This document shows, piece by piece, positions 9,524-18,740 of a stretch of 64,000 bases of DNA (positions are counted from its first letter, which is position 1; every line of letters begins with the position of its first letter). Source of the DNA: Acidimicrobiia bacterium (GTDB taxonomy: Bacteria > Actinomycetota > Acidimicrobiia > Acidimicrobiales > JANYDT01); the NCBI GenBank assembly GCA_031418775.1, contig JANOJN010000219.1:4091-68090 (forward strand), written 5' to 3'. The notes beneath the pieces were generated by a model. That model saw nothing but the letters and a program-made list of their open reading frames with translations, did not search any database and was not told the origin of the DNA. The position numbers and the translations under genes were made by a program.

Positions 9524-11197
9524 ATGACCGGACTCGCCCCCGACGTCGACGTGGTCGATGTCGACGATGTCGATGTGGTCATCGTCGGCGGCGGGCCCAC
9601 CGGCCTGACCGCCGCTCATCTCTGCCGCGAGGTCGGCCTATCGGCGATCGTGCTCGAACAGCGGGAGGGGCCGCAGCGTTCTCCCGCCGCGCATGCAATC
9701 AACGCTCGAACCTTCGAGATCTGGCGCCAGGCCGCTGTGGATATGGCGCCGGTCCTCGCCGCGGCGCTCTCGCCCGACGAGGCCGGCCTCGTTCATTGGG
9801 TGACGAAGCTGGGTGGCGAGGTGATCGGCACGCTTCCCTACGAGCGCCAAAGCGACGAGATGCTGGCGATCACGCCCACGCCGTTGCGCAACCTGAGCCA
9901 GCATCGGCTGGAGCCGCTGCTGCTCACGCCCGAACTCGATGTGCGCTATTCCCACCGATGGCTCAGCGCGACCGAGACGGCAACCGGTGTGTCGGTGGAA
10001 GCCCTAGGCCCTGACGGACCTCGGCGCGTGAACGCCAAGTACCTCTTGGGCGCTGACGGTGCAGCCAGCTCGGTGCGCCGTTCGCTCGGCATCGAGATGA
10101 TCGGGCCTCGTTCACTGCAGTCGTTCGTGATGGTGCATCTCGCCGCCGACTTCCGGCCGCTCGTCGGACCTGCACCGGGTGTTCTCTACTTCGTGGTCGA
10201 CCCGGCCAGTGGCGGCACGTTCATCTCCCACGGTCGCGACCGCGAGTGGGTTTATATGCACGCATGGGATCCGGTGGCGCAGCCGGGCGAGGCGCTCACC
10301 GTTGAGCACTGCACCGCGTTGGTGCGCGCCGCGATCGCAGACTGGGATGCACCGTTCGACGTGTTGTCCGTCGGCACGTGGCACATGAGCGCGCAGATCG
10401 CCGATCGCTACCGCCGTGGTCGAACCCTTCTTGTTGGCGATGCTGCGCATCGATTTCCGCCCACCGGTGGACTCGGTCTCAACACCGGCGTCGCCGATGT
10501 CCACAATCTGCTCTGGAAGCTCGCCGCCGTCGAAGCCGGTTGGCTCGACCTGTCGTCGCTCGACACCTACGAGTCCGAACGCAAGCCCGTCGCGCGTTTC
10601 AACTGCGACCAGTCCATGCACAACGCCTTCAAGCTGATCGAGATCCCCATGGCGCTCGGCGTCACCGCCGACGTTGCCGAATCCACAGCGGCGATGCACT
10701 CGATCCTTGCCGACCCCGTCGGCCGCGCGGGCGTGGAAGCGGCGATCGCCAACCAGGCCATCCACTTCGACCTGCTCGGCCTGCAATTGGGTCACTCGTA
10801 CTCCGGCCCGCTGGTGATCGACGACGGAAGCGATGTAATCGTGCTCGCCGAACCCGCCCGCGACTACGTTCCCTCCACCCGGCCGGGGGGCCGCCTGCCC
10901 CACGCATGGCTGCCCGACGGCCGGTCGACGCTCGACCTCGTCGACATCTGCGTCCCGACGATCCTCGTGCGGGAAGGTGCACCGCCCGGCGAGATCGGCC
11001 AACCGTGCGTCATCGTGCCCTGCGCGGCCGTGGTGTGGGGCAACACGTTCGGTCTCGACGGTGACCAGTGCCTCATCGTGCGACCCGACCAGCACGTCGC
11101 CTACCGCGGCCCGATCAGCGGCTCGGCCGCCGCGTTCGCCGCGCTGTTCGGCGTCCGTTCGGTCGGGTCCGTTTCCCGGCACGACGTCACACTGTGA
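9524..11197 (+). CDS. FAD-dependent aromatic-ring monooxygenase (PheA/TfdB-like)
   Basis: VVIVGGGPTGLTAA dinucleotide fold, GADGAASSVR, and GDAAHRFPPTGGLGLNTG. 557 aa with a thioredoxin-like C-terminal extension, typical of phenol-hydroxylase-type enzymes. Confidence 0.85.
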   Translation: MTGLAPDVDVVDVDDVDVVIVGGGPTGLTAAHLCREVGLSAIVLEQREGPQRSPAAHAINARTFEIWRQAAVDMAPVLAAALSPDEAGLVHWVTKLGGEVIGTLPYERQSDEMLAITPTPLRNLSQHRLEPLLLTPELDVRYSHRWLSATETATGVSVEALGPDGPRRVNAKYLLGADGAASSVRRSLGIEMIGPRSLQSFVMVHLAADFRPLVGPAPGVLYFVVDPASGGTFISHGRDREWVYMHAWDPVAQPGEALTVEHCTALVRAAIADWDAPFDVLSVGTWHMSAQIADRYRRGRTLLVGDAAHRFPPTGGLGLNTGVADVHNLLWKLAAVEAGWLDLSSLDTYESERKPVARFNCDQSMHNAFKLIEIPMALGVTADVAESTAAMHSILADPVGRAGVEAAIANQAIHFDLLGLQLGHSYSGPLVIDDGSDVIVLAEPARDYVPSTRPGGRLPHAWLPDGRSTLDLVDICVPTILVREGAPPGEIGQPCVIVPCAAVVWGNTFGLDGDQCLIVRPDQHVAYRGPISGSAAAFAALFGVRSVGSVSRHDVTL

Positions 11198-11322
11198 CGC
11201 CTGGGGTCACGCCAAAGGGATAGTCGGCGGACACCCGGTCGGCGTGCCATTGGCGTTCGCTCGCTCTGCTGTCTTTTCGAGTGTTGGGTGGTCGGGGCGA
11301 GCGCAGCGAGTGGCTGCGCGTC

Positions 11323-11727
11323 TCAGACGCGCGTGATGGCGAAGGCCGGGATCACCCGGGGCGCCGCCGAGGTGATGTAGCCGCCGAACTGCGGCATGAT
11401 CTCGGCCTGCGCGTTGAGCGCGGCTGCAGCGTCGTCGGCCGGGAGCTCGGTGACGCGTGCGGTGAAGGTCTCCGTCGTGTACTCGACGGTGATCTCCGGG
11501 TTGGCGAGGAGGTTGAAGTACCAGTCGGGGTGTTTCGGCGATCCGGCCGCTGACGCGAACACGACCATGTGGTCGGCCTGCGGGAGGGCGACGAGCGGGA
11601 TCTCCCGAACGGCTCCGCTCTTTGCTCCGACGGTGTGCAGGATGACCAGTGGCGCGTCGCCGAACTGCGCGACCTTTCCACCGTTTGCCCGAAACTCGGT
11701 GATGACCTGGGTGTTCCAATCGCTCAT
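11323..11727 (-). CDS. Nitroreductase-family deazaflavin (F420)-dependent oxidoreductase (Ddn/DUF385-like)
   Basis: MSDWNTQVITEFRANGGKV...LVILHTVGAKSGAVREIPL...GSPKHPDWYFNLLANP is the characteristic family signature. The start was trimmed to ATG 11727. Confidence 0.8.
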   Translation of the reverse strand: MSDWNTQVITEFRANGGKVAQFGDAPLVILHTVGAKSGAVREIPLVALPQADHMVVFASAAGSPKHPDWYFNLLANPEITVEYTTETFTARVTELPADDAAAALNAQAEIMPQFGGYITSAAPRVIPAFAITRV

Positions 11728-11791
11728 GTCGTCCAGGGTAGGGCCCAGTTCCGACCCGGTCGCCACGATGGGTTGACTCCGGCGGCGGGCG

Positions 11792-12514
11792 TCATCCGAG
11801 CACGGCGTCGGCGAAGGCCACGAGCGAGGGGTAGCGGAGCCCGACCTCGATCTGCACCGGTGGCGTGGCCCCGGTTCCGATTCGAGCGTGGCGTCGGTCG
11901 ATCCACACCGACGGAAGACCGAGTTCCCGGGCCGGCCCGTGGTCGTGGAACAGCGACTGCGCGACGTGGACGACCTCATCGCGGGCGACACCGATGTCGG
12001 GCAGCTGGGCGAACATGGAGTGGAAGTGATCGAGCGTTGGCTTGTAGGCGCCGACGTCCTCGGCGGTGACGATCAGGTCGAAGTCGACCCCGAGCCGGAG
12101 GTTGCTGCGAGCGAATGATGCCCGGTCGACGTTCGACACGATGATGAGCCGGAAACGTTCCTTCAGTCGCCGCAGTGCCACGGCGGTGTCGGCGAAGGCG
12201 GGCCACGCACCGACACTGGCGCCGAACGCCTCACACTCAAGTGACGATGCCGTGTGGCCGAGTTCGTCGGCCATCCGGCGCAAACACTCGGCGAGTACCT
12301 CGGGGTAGGGCGTCGTCGGCATCTCGGCCTCGACGCGATGTTCGTTGGCGCTGAAGAGCGTGAGGAGTTCCTCAGTGGACAGATCAATGCCGCGCCACGC
12401 GCCCCAGGGCTGGAGCGCGTTGACGATCCCGGTCTCCCAGTCGATCAAGGTGCCGTAGCAGTCGAAGCTCAAGGCCCGACACTCGTTGAAGATGAAATGG
12501 CGTTCGTCGGTCAT
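11792..12514 (-). CDS. HAD-superfamily hydrolase (haloacid dehalogenase type II-like)
   Basis: LSFDCYGTLIDWE (DxYGT motif I), SNVD, and AYKP motifs. The start was trimmed to MTDERH (12514). Confidence 0.75.
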   Translation of the reverse strand: MTDERHFIFNECRALSFDCYGTLIDWETGIVNALQPWGAWRGIDLSTEELLTLFSANEHRVEAEMPTTPYPEVLAECLRRMADELGHTASSLECEAFGASVGAWPAFADTAVALRRLKERFRLIIVSNVDRASFARSNLRLGVDFDLIVTAEDVGAYKPTLDHFHSMFAQLPDIGVARDEVVHVAQSLFHDHGPARELGLPSVWIDRRHARIGTGATPPVQIEVGLRYPSLVAFADAVLG

Positions 12515-12663
12515 GACGTCCTCTTGCTCGGTGCGCTCGATGTCGCTGGCGGATGCCTTGCACCGCCGGCCGTCTCGGACACCCGGCACGATTCACGCGC
12601 ACCTCTCGCGATTTGACGCACAGATCGGTCGGAATCGGCGCTGCCCGGAAGCCTGTTCCGGCT

Positions 12664-12698
12664 GAGGTGCGCGTGGATTTTGGCGAGGTGCGCGTGGA
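12664..12698. repeat. Two 14-bp direct repeats GAGGTGCGCGTGGA with a 21-bp period
   Basis: Copies at 12664-12677 and 12685-12698, in the thiolase-HAD intergenic region. A CCGGAA-N5-TTCCGG inverted repeat lies just beside them (about 12645-12661). Confidence 0.5.
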
Positions 12699-12726
12699 AA
12701 CGTGCGCGCCCCTGACGGGTGTGGGA

Positions 12727-13896
12727 TTAGTAGATCTCGAAGAGTCCGGCTGCGCCCATGCCGCCACCAATACACATGGTCACGACGCCGAGCTTGGCGC
12801 CGCGGCGGTGGCCTTCCTGGAGGATGTGGCCGGCGCAGCGGGTGCCCGTCATGCCGAAGGGGTGGCCGATAGCGATGGAGCCACCGTTGACGTTGTACTT
12901 CTCCGGGTCGATGCCGAGGCGGTCGCGAGAGTAGAGGCACTGGCTGGCGAAGGCCTCGTTGAGCTCCCAGATGTCGATGTCGTCGACGGTGAGTCCATGG
13001 CGGGCGAGGAGCTTCGGCACGGCGAAGACCGGACCGATGCCCATCTCGTCGGGCTCGCAACCGGCGACGGCCCAGCCCTTGAAGGCGCCCATCGGCGTGA
13101 GGCCGCGCTTCTCGGCTTCCTTGGCCTCCATCATCACGACGGCCGCAGCACCGTCGGAGAGCTGGCTGGCGTTGCCGGCGGTGATGTACTTGCCCGGGCC
13201 CATGACCGGCTGGAGCTTGGCGAGACCCTCGATGGTGGTGTCGGGACGGTTGCATTCGTCGCGGTCGACCACGTAGTCGACGATGGTCTCCTCCTTCGTC
13301 TCCTTGTTGACCAGCTTCATCTTCGTGGCCATCGGGACGATCTCGTCCTCGAACAGGCCGTTCGCCTGGGCTGCGCCCATGCGCTGCTGGGAGAGCAAGG
13401 AGTACTCGTCCTGGTACTCGCGGCTGACCTTGTAGCGCTCGGCCACGATGTCGGCGGTGTCGATCATCGCCATGTAAATGGCCGGGTACTTCGCCGTGAG
13501 CTCGGGGTCGAACGTCTCCCGGGCGGGCGAGCCGGACGGCAGGCTGATCGACTCGGTCCCGCCGGCGACGACGATGTCGGCGCCGTCCTGGATGATGTAG
13601 TTCGCCGCGAGGGCGATCGAGTTGAGGCCCGACGAGCAGAAGCGGTTGACGGTAGCGCCCGACGTCGTGACCGGAAGACCGGCGAGGAGCGAGGCATTGC
13701 GAGCGATGTTGCCGCCCCCGTGGGCGATGTTGCCCAAGTAGACGTCGTCAACGGACTCCGGCTCGATACCGGCCTTTTTGACGGCGTGGCTGATGGCGTG
13801 GGCGCCCATGGTCATCGGCGCGGTGATGTTGAACCCGCCCCGGCCCGCCTTGGCCAGGCCCGTGCGGGCATAGGAAACGATGACTGCTTCGCGCAT
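12727..13896 (-). CDS. Acetyl-CoA C-acyltransferase (thiolase)
   Basis: [11 protein letters not shown] (active Cys), GHPFGMTG, and [13 protein letters not shown]. 389 aa. Confidence 0.93.
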   Translation of the reverse strand: MREAVIVSYARTGLAKAGRGGFNITAPMTMGAHAISHAVKKAGIEPESVDDVYLGNIAHGGGNIARNASLLAGLPVTTSGATVNRFCSSGLNSIALAANYIIQDGADIVVAGGTESISLPSGSPARETFDPELTAKYPAIYMAMIDTADIVAERYKVSREYQDEYSLLSQQRMGAAQANGLFEDEIVPMATKMKLVNKETKEETIVDYVVDRDECNRPDTTIEGLAKLQPVMGPGKYITAGNASQLSDGAAAVVMMEAKEAEKRGLTPMGAFKGWAVAGCEPDEMGIGPVFAVPKLLARHGLTVDDIDIWELNEAFASQCLYSRDRLGIDPEKYNVNGGSIAIGHPFGMTGTRCAGHILQEGHRRGAKLGVVTMCIGGGMGAAGLFEIY

Positions 13897-14090
13897 GGAG
13901 TACTCCCGTGGTGCGTCGGCGACATTGACCGACTGGCGCTGCCGCTCTGGCAGGCCGAGAGAAGGCTACGGGCGACGACATACGGGGTCCAAACTCGTGG
14001 CGCAGGTCGCGTCCGACGGGCACCATCGTCGTGCCGTCCCTGGGTCAGCTCAGCGCGTTGGGTCGGGATTTGTGCATCCATGCGATCCGG

Positions 14091-14137
14091 CCGACCCAAC
14101 GACGTGTGCCGACCCAACGAACGTGTGCCGACCCAGG
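14091..14137. repeat. Tandem 18/19-bp repeats CCGACCCAACG(A)ACGTGTG (2.5 copies)
   Basis: Repeats at 14091-14108 and 14109-14127, plus a partial third at 14128-14137. An inverted copy of the core (CGTTGGGTCGG) lies at 14056-14066. All are in the divergent thiolase/DUF2079 intergenic region. Confidence 0.6.
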
Positions 14138-14253
14138 TCATCGACCCGCACCGCGAGATACGTCGGTCTGCCGGGGACGCTCTGTAGCCTTTCCGGGCCG
14201 GTTCCCAGCAGCCGACGGCGGTACCGGTTCGAACGGCCGAATGAGGACGAGAC

Positions 14254-16125
14254 GTGGACGAGGCGACCATCGACAACCCGGGACCGGACGAGGACGGACT
14301 CGTTGACGAGCCCGATCACCTGATTCCGCTCGCGGAGGGCGGACCCGCCGAAGGTCCTCGTCGCCGCGTCGCTCCCGCTGTCACCGTCGGCGACGTGTTC
14401 CGGTGGCTGCCGCCGGTCCTCGTCGCCATCGGCGCTGCCACCTACGCCGTGTACTTCGCCCGCCTCACCATCCGCCACCACAACGGGTTCGGCACCGCCG
14501 GTTTCGATATCGGGCTCTATGACCAGGGGCTCTGGCTCCTCAGCCGGTTCCGTTCACCGTTCGTCACCATCATGGGCAGGAACCTCTTCGGCGACCATTC
14601 CTCGTTCATCCTCCTACCCCTGGTGCCGTTCTACTGGTTCGGAGCCGGGGCTTCGTTCCTGCTGGCCGTCCAATCGATCGCGCTCGGATCCACGGCCATC
14701 CCGGTGTATCTGACGGTCCGCCGTCTTCTCTCGTCGCGATGGGCGGCGTGCGGCCTGGCGATTGCGTTCCTGCTCCAGCCGTCCCTTGCGTGGACGAACG
14801 CCGAGAACTTCCACCCCGACAGCCTCGTCGCCCCGCTGCTGATGACGGGTATCTGGGCGATGGTGGCCCGGCGATGGCGGTTGTTCCTGTTGTTCGGGGT
14901 GTTGGCGACCCTGGTCAAGGAAGACACCCTCCTCGTGATCGTCCCGCTCGGGCTCTATGCGTGGGTGAGATTTGGTCGTGAGGCGGCTCCGCCGATGTCC
15001 GACGAGGACGGTGCAGGCGTCGTGCGGCGTTGGCACGAGGGCCGGAACCGTGCCGGGCTCATCCTGGCGGGCTGGAGCCTCCTGTGGACCGGGTTCTCGC
15101 TCGTGCTGCTGCGCACGCTGAACTCGGTCGGCTCGCTCAACGCCTGGCGGATTCCGTTCGGTGGACCGAAGGGCGTCATCGAAACGGCATTCAAACAGCC
15201 CGACCTGCTCTGGGACTATCTCGTGAAGGGAATCGACTACCCCGGCGAGAGCCCCGACAACCGCCGTATGTGGTACCTGTGGAAGCTGTTCAGCCCGGTG
15301 GTGTTCCTGATCGCCCGCGCGCCGCTCGAGTGTTGTCTGTTCGCGCTCGTGGTCGGACTGAACATCATCAGCAACTTCTTCTACCAGTACAACATCGAGT
15401 ACCACTACACGGTCATCATCCTGCCCGGTCTGTTCTTCGCGACGACCATGGCGATCACCCGGATCAGGCGACTTCGATGGCGGCGTATGGCGATCGCCGG
15501 GGTCGCCGCTTCGTGTCTCTGGACGGGCTATCTCTGGGGCCCGTCGCCTCTCTCCGCTCGTCCGTCACCGTGGTCGACGGACCGGGCACCGTGGGTTGTC
15601 GAAGGCCGGGCGCTGCTGCGCCAGGTGCCGCCTGACGTACCCCTCTCGGTGTTCTACGGGTACGTACCCCACATCGCCCATCGGGTCGAGGTGTACCAGT
15701 TCCCTGTGCCGTGGCGGGATTCCTACTACCGCCTGCCCGGCGACGAGACGGCCCAGATCAGGCCCCTCCGTGACCGCATCGATTGGGTGATCACCCGTGA
15801 TGTCGAGAGCTCGCCGGACGCCACCGTCCGTGACGCCTACAACGACATGATCAAGGAATTCGAACTGGTGGACCAGCAGGGGACCGGCCGCCTTTTCCGG
15901 CGTCGTGGCCTGGACGGATCCGGAAATGGCGTCGCGCCGGTGACCGTGCCTCCGATTCCCGTGCCTTCAGCCGCGTCGGTGGTCGTCCCGCCGGTCCCGA
16001 CCGCGGCACCGACCGCCTCCGCACCACCGATCGTCGCCTCGTCGCCGTCGCCCGTGAGCGTCGTTTCAGAAGGTGTCGGGGGCCCTCGAGAGACTCCGGC
16101 AGTGACGTCGGCCACGCTGGCGTGA
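14254..16125 (+). CDS. DUF2079-type polytopic membrane protein with Pro/Ala-rich C-terminal tail
   Basis: GFDIGLYDQGLWLLS...MGRNLFGDHSSFILLPL resembles DUF2079. More than 10 predicted TM helices. GTG start at 14254. Confidence 0.7.
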   Translation: MDEATIDNPGPDEDGLVDEPDHLIPLAEGGPAEGPRRRVAPAVTVGDVFRWLPPVLVAIGAATYAVYFARLTIRHHNGFGTAGFDIGLYDQGLWLLSRFRSPFVTIMGRNLFGDHSSFILLPLVPFYWFGAGASFLLAVQSIALGSTAIPVYLTVRRLLSSRWAACGLAIAFLLQPSLAWTNAENFHPDSLVAPLLMTGIWAMVARRWRLFLLFGVLATLVKEDTLLVIVPLGLYAWVRFGREAAPPMSDEDGAGVVRRWHEGRNRAGLILAGWSLLWTGFSLVLLRTLNSVGSLNAWRIPFGGPKGVIETAFKQPDLLWDYLVKGIDYPGESPDNRRMWYLWKLFSPVVFLIARAPLECCLFALVVGLNIISNFFYQYNIEYHYTVIILPGLFFATTMAITRIRRLRWRRMAIAGVAASCLWTGYLWGPSPLSARPSPWSTDRAPWVVEGRALLRQVPPDVPLSVFYGYVPHIAHRVEVYQFPVPWRDSYYRLPGDETAQIRPLRDRIDWVITRDVESSPDATVRDAYNDMIKEFELVDQQGTGRLFRRRGLDGSGNGVAPVTVPPIPVPSAASVVVPPVPTAAPTASAPPIVASSPSPVSVVSEGVGGPRETPAVTSATLA

Positions 16126-16204
16126 ACTGACGACCTTCGGCCGTTGGTGGTTCGCTGCAGGGCGTTTCGGTGGGCGGCCGGAACCCACTATGCTCTGAAC
16201 CCCT

Positions 16205-16459
16205 ATGAAGCCCGGCATTCACCCCGCCGATTACCGTCCGGTGGTCTTTCGCGACCAGTCGGCCGGGTCGACGTTCCTTTCCCGTTCCACCATCAAGACC
16301 GCGAAGTCGATCGAATGGGAAGACGGCTCTACGTATCCGCTGGTCGACGTCGAAATCTCGATGGCCAGCCACCCCTTCTACACCGGCAAGATGAAGATGC
16401 TCGACGCCGCAGGCCGCGTCGAGCGTTTCGAAAAGCGCTTCGGCAAGCGCTCGAACTGA
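16205..16459 (+). CDS. rpmE2: 50S ribosomal protein L31, type B (Cys-less)
   Basis: [17 protein letters not shown]...[11 protein letters not shown]...VERFEKRFG matches the type-B (YtiA-like) form, which lacks the CxxC zinc motif. Confidence 0.93.
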   Translation: MKPGIHPADYRPVVFRDQSAGSTFLSRSTIKTAKSIEWEDGSTYPLVDVEISMASHPFYTGKMKMLDAAGRVERFEKRFGKRSN

Positions 16460-16469
16460 GGTATCGGCA

Positions 16470-16640
16470 ATGGCATCGAAGTCCAACGTCAAGCGGCCCA
16501 TCATCAAGCTGCGCTCGACCGAAGGGTCGGGCTTCGTCTACGTGACGAAGAAGAACAAGATCAACGACCGCGAACGACTCGAACTGAAGAAGTTCGATCC
16601 GGTTCTGCGTCGTCATGTCATGTTCAAAGAAGAGCGCTGA
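16470..16640 (+). CDS. rpmG: 50S ribosomal protein L33 (Cys-less form); not in the supplied ORF track (56 aa)
   Basis: Manual translation: [56 protein letters not shown]. It matches the L33 consensus (KLxS..G.GxFY.T.KN....[10 protein letters not shown]..r.HV.fkE). It starts 10 nt after rpmE2. Confidence 0.9.
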   Translation: MASKSNVKRPIIKLRSTEGSGFVYVTKKNKINDRERLELKKFDPVLRRHVMFKEER

Positions 16641-16685
16641 TCCTGCCGGGCTTGGGCCCGGCAACGTCACGGTCATCGTGAGCCC

Positions 16686-16709
16686 GAAGTCGACCGAAGG
16701 GTCGACTTC
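16686..16709 (+). terminator. Candidate hairpin terminator after rpmE2-rpmG
   Basis: GAAGTCGACC-GAAG-GGTCGACTTC has a 10-bp perfect stem and is followed by TTC. A second GC hairpin, GCCGGGC-TTGG-GCCCGGC, lies at about 16644-16661. Confidence 0.4.
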
Positions 16710-16724
16710 TTCGCGTCCGGTGCC

Positions 16725-18104
16725 ATGACGACCGGGCCCCGAGGTGAACCAGCACCGTCGTTGTGGAGCGACACCGGGAGTGCGGCGCTCCTGCGGCCGC
16801 CGCTCGACGGCGACGCGACGGTCGATGTGGTCATCGTGGGCGCCGGGTACTCCGGACTGTGGACGGCCCTGACGCTCCGACGGCTGGACCCAGCGCTGTC
16901 CGTGCTGGTCGTCGAAGCGGAGCGTGTGGGCTTCGGTGCCTCGGGCCGGAACGGGGGGTGGTGTTCCGGGCAGTTCCCGGTCGACATCACAGAGATGGGG
17001 GCCCGGTTCGGACGCGCGCCGGCTCTGGCGATGGCAACAGCCCTTTCCGCGGCTGTCCATGATGTCGGAGCACAGTGCGCGTCCGAAGGCATCGATGCCG
17101 AGTTCGTTGCCGCCGGGACCCTGACTGCGGCCCGGACGCCCCGCCAGATGCGTGACGCCGAGGCAGAGGTCGAGCTCGTTCATGCCTCGGGTCTCGGCGA
17201 CGGCGACGTGTGCCTGCTGTCGGCGGATGCGGCCAGCAGTCTCGTCGGTGCCTCACGCACCCTCGGCGGTGTGTTCTCGCCGCACTGCGCGGCGTTGCAT
17301 CCCCAGCGACTCGTTCACGGGCTGGCGCTCGCCGCCGAACGACACGGGGTACGGATCGTGGAGCGCACCCGGGCGGAACGGATCGAACCGTTCGTGGTGA
17401 CTACAGACCGCGGGACGATTCGTGCTTCGATCGTGGTCCGGGCCACCGAAGGTTGGACGCCCGAGCTGCCCGGCCTCCGACGACGTGTTGTCCCCGTCTA
17501 CTCGCTGATGATCGCCACCCGAGTGCTGACCGACGGCGAGTGGGAACGGATCCGGTGGCCGACCCGGGTTACGTTCAGCGATGGACGCATGATGATCGTC
17601 TACGGCCAGCGGACTGCTGACGGGCGCATCGCCTTCGGCGGACGCGGCGCGCCGTATCGGTCGGGCTCGCGCGTGCACTCGTCGATGGAGAACAACGCGG
17701 CCGTACATCGATCGCTCGAAGAGGCGCTCGTGGATCTGTTCCCGAGCCTTCGCGGCGTCGAGATCACGCATCGGTGGGGTGGCCCCCTCGGGATCCATCG
17801 TGACTGGATGCCGTCGGTGGGGGTGGACCGAGTCACGGGCCTCGCATGGCTCGGCGGCTACGTCGGCGACGGAGTCGCTGCCGCCAACCTTGCCGGACGA
17901 ACGGTCGCGGAACTGATCGTGGGACAGGAGACGGAACGCACCTCACTTCCCTGGGTGGACCATCGCTCCCGCCCGTGGGAACCGGAGCCGCTCAGGACCA
18001 TCGGGGTGCGAGGAGGGCAGCGGCTGGCGGCCTCGATCGACCGGGCTGACTCGCTCGGGAAGCCTGCTGCGTTGCGTCGACGGCTGCTGGCCTCGCTCTG
18101 GTGA
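16725..18104 (+). CDS. FAD-dependent oxidoreductase (DAO family, PuuB/OrdL-like)
   Basis: VDVVIVGAGYSGLWTAL dinucleotide fold. 459 aa. Confidence 0.8.
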   Translation: MTTGPRGEPAPSLWSDTGSAALLRPPLDGDATVDVVIVGAGYSGLWTALTLRRLDPALSVLVVEAERVGFGASGRNGGWCSGQFPVDITEMGARFGRAPALAMATALSAAVHDVGAQCASEGIDAEFVAAGTLTAARTPRQMRDAEAEVELVHASGLGDGDVCLLSADAASSLVGASRTLGGVFSPHCAALHPQRLVHGLALAAERHGVRIVERTRAERIEPFVVTTDRGTIRASIVVRATEGWTPELPGLRRRVVPVYSLMIATRVLTDGEWERIRWPTRVTFSDGRMMIVYGQRTADGRIAFGGRGAPYRSGSRVHSSMENNAAVHRSLEEALVDLFPSLRGVEITHRWGGPLGIHRDWMPSVGVDRVTGLAWLGGYVGDGVAAANLAGRTVAELIVGQETERTSLPWVDHRSRPWEPEPLRTIGVRGGQRLAASIDRADSLGKPAALRRRLLASLW

Positions 18105-18110
18105 TGGCGT

Positions 18111-18662
18111 TCAGGCGGCGCTGGTCGCCGTGCCGAGCGACTGACCGTCGCCCGCCGGGCGGACGATGTCAGGGATGCCGACAGTGGTGAGGGATCCGTC
18201 GCCGACGTCGTAGTACGCGCCCCACACGATCGTCCCCGGCGGGAGGTACGGACAGGCGCGGACGAGGGTCACGTCTTCGGTGACGCTCGTGATCAGGTCG
18301 TCGAAGGCGTGGAAGTCCATCGACGGCCGCAGGCCGGAAACTTCCTCGACACGATCGGCGATGGTGTCGTCCGTCTGCCCGTGAAGTCCGCAACCGGTGT
18401 GATGGATCACCGCGATCTCGCGGGTGCCGAGCGCGTTGGTGGACAGCACGAGCGATCGGATCGCGTCGTCCGTGGCCCGCCCCCCGGCGTTGCGGAGGAT
18501 GTGTGAGTCGCCGATTTGGAGACCGAGCAGGCGGAACAGATCGAGGCGGGCGTCCATGCAGGTGAGGATGGCGACACGGCGGGTCGGGCTGGCCGTGAGG
18601 TCGTCGTGCTGGAAGGTCTCCCGGTAGCGTTCGGCGCTCGCCACCATCCTCGGTCGTTCCAT
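18111..18662 (-). CDS. Beta-class carbonic anhydrase
   Basis: Zinc ligand motifs ILTCMDAR and HHTGCGL. 183 aa. Confidence 0.88.
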   Translation of the reverse strand: MERPRMVASAERYRETFQHDDLTASPTRRVAILTCMDARLDLFRLLGLQIGDSHILRNAGGRATDDAIRSLVLSTNALGTREIAVIHHTGCGLHGQTDDTIADRVEEVSGLRPSMDFHAFDDLITSVTEDVTLVRACPYLPPGTIVWGAYYDVGDGSLTTVGIPDIVRPAGDGQSLGTATSAA

Positions 18663-18740
18663 CGCACCTCAGAGTAGCCGAACGCTTTGGCGGGTCTGAA
18701 GCCGAGTTCTGGAATTCGGCTGCTCCTATGGGACTGAGCC

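Noticed and set aside
12553-14187. 544-aa ORF on the + strand
   Set aside because: It is entirely antisense to the well-supported thiolase gene. The translation is Gly/Ala/Arg/Val-rich with no motifs. Long stop-free antisense frames are expected in high-GC DNA.
16126-16204. Zur box upstream of rpmE2-rpmG
   Set aside because: No AT-rich palindrome of the TGAAAATGATTTTCA type is visible. Only a possible TATGCT -10-like hexamer lies close to the ATG. I cannot support a Zur site by eye.
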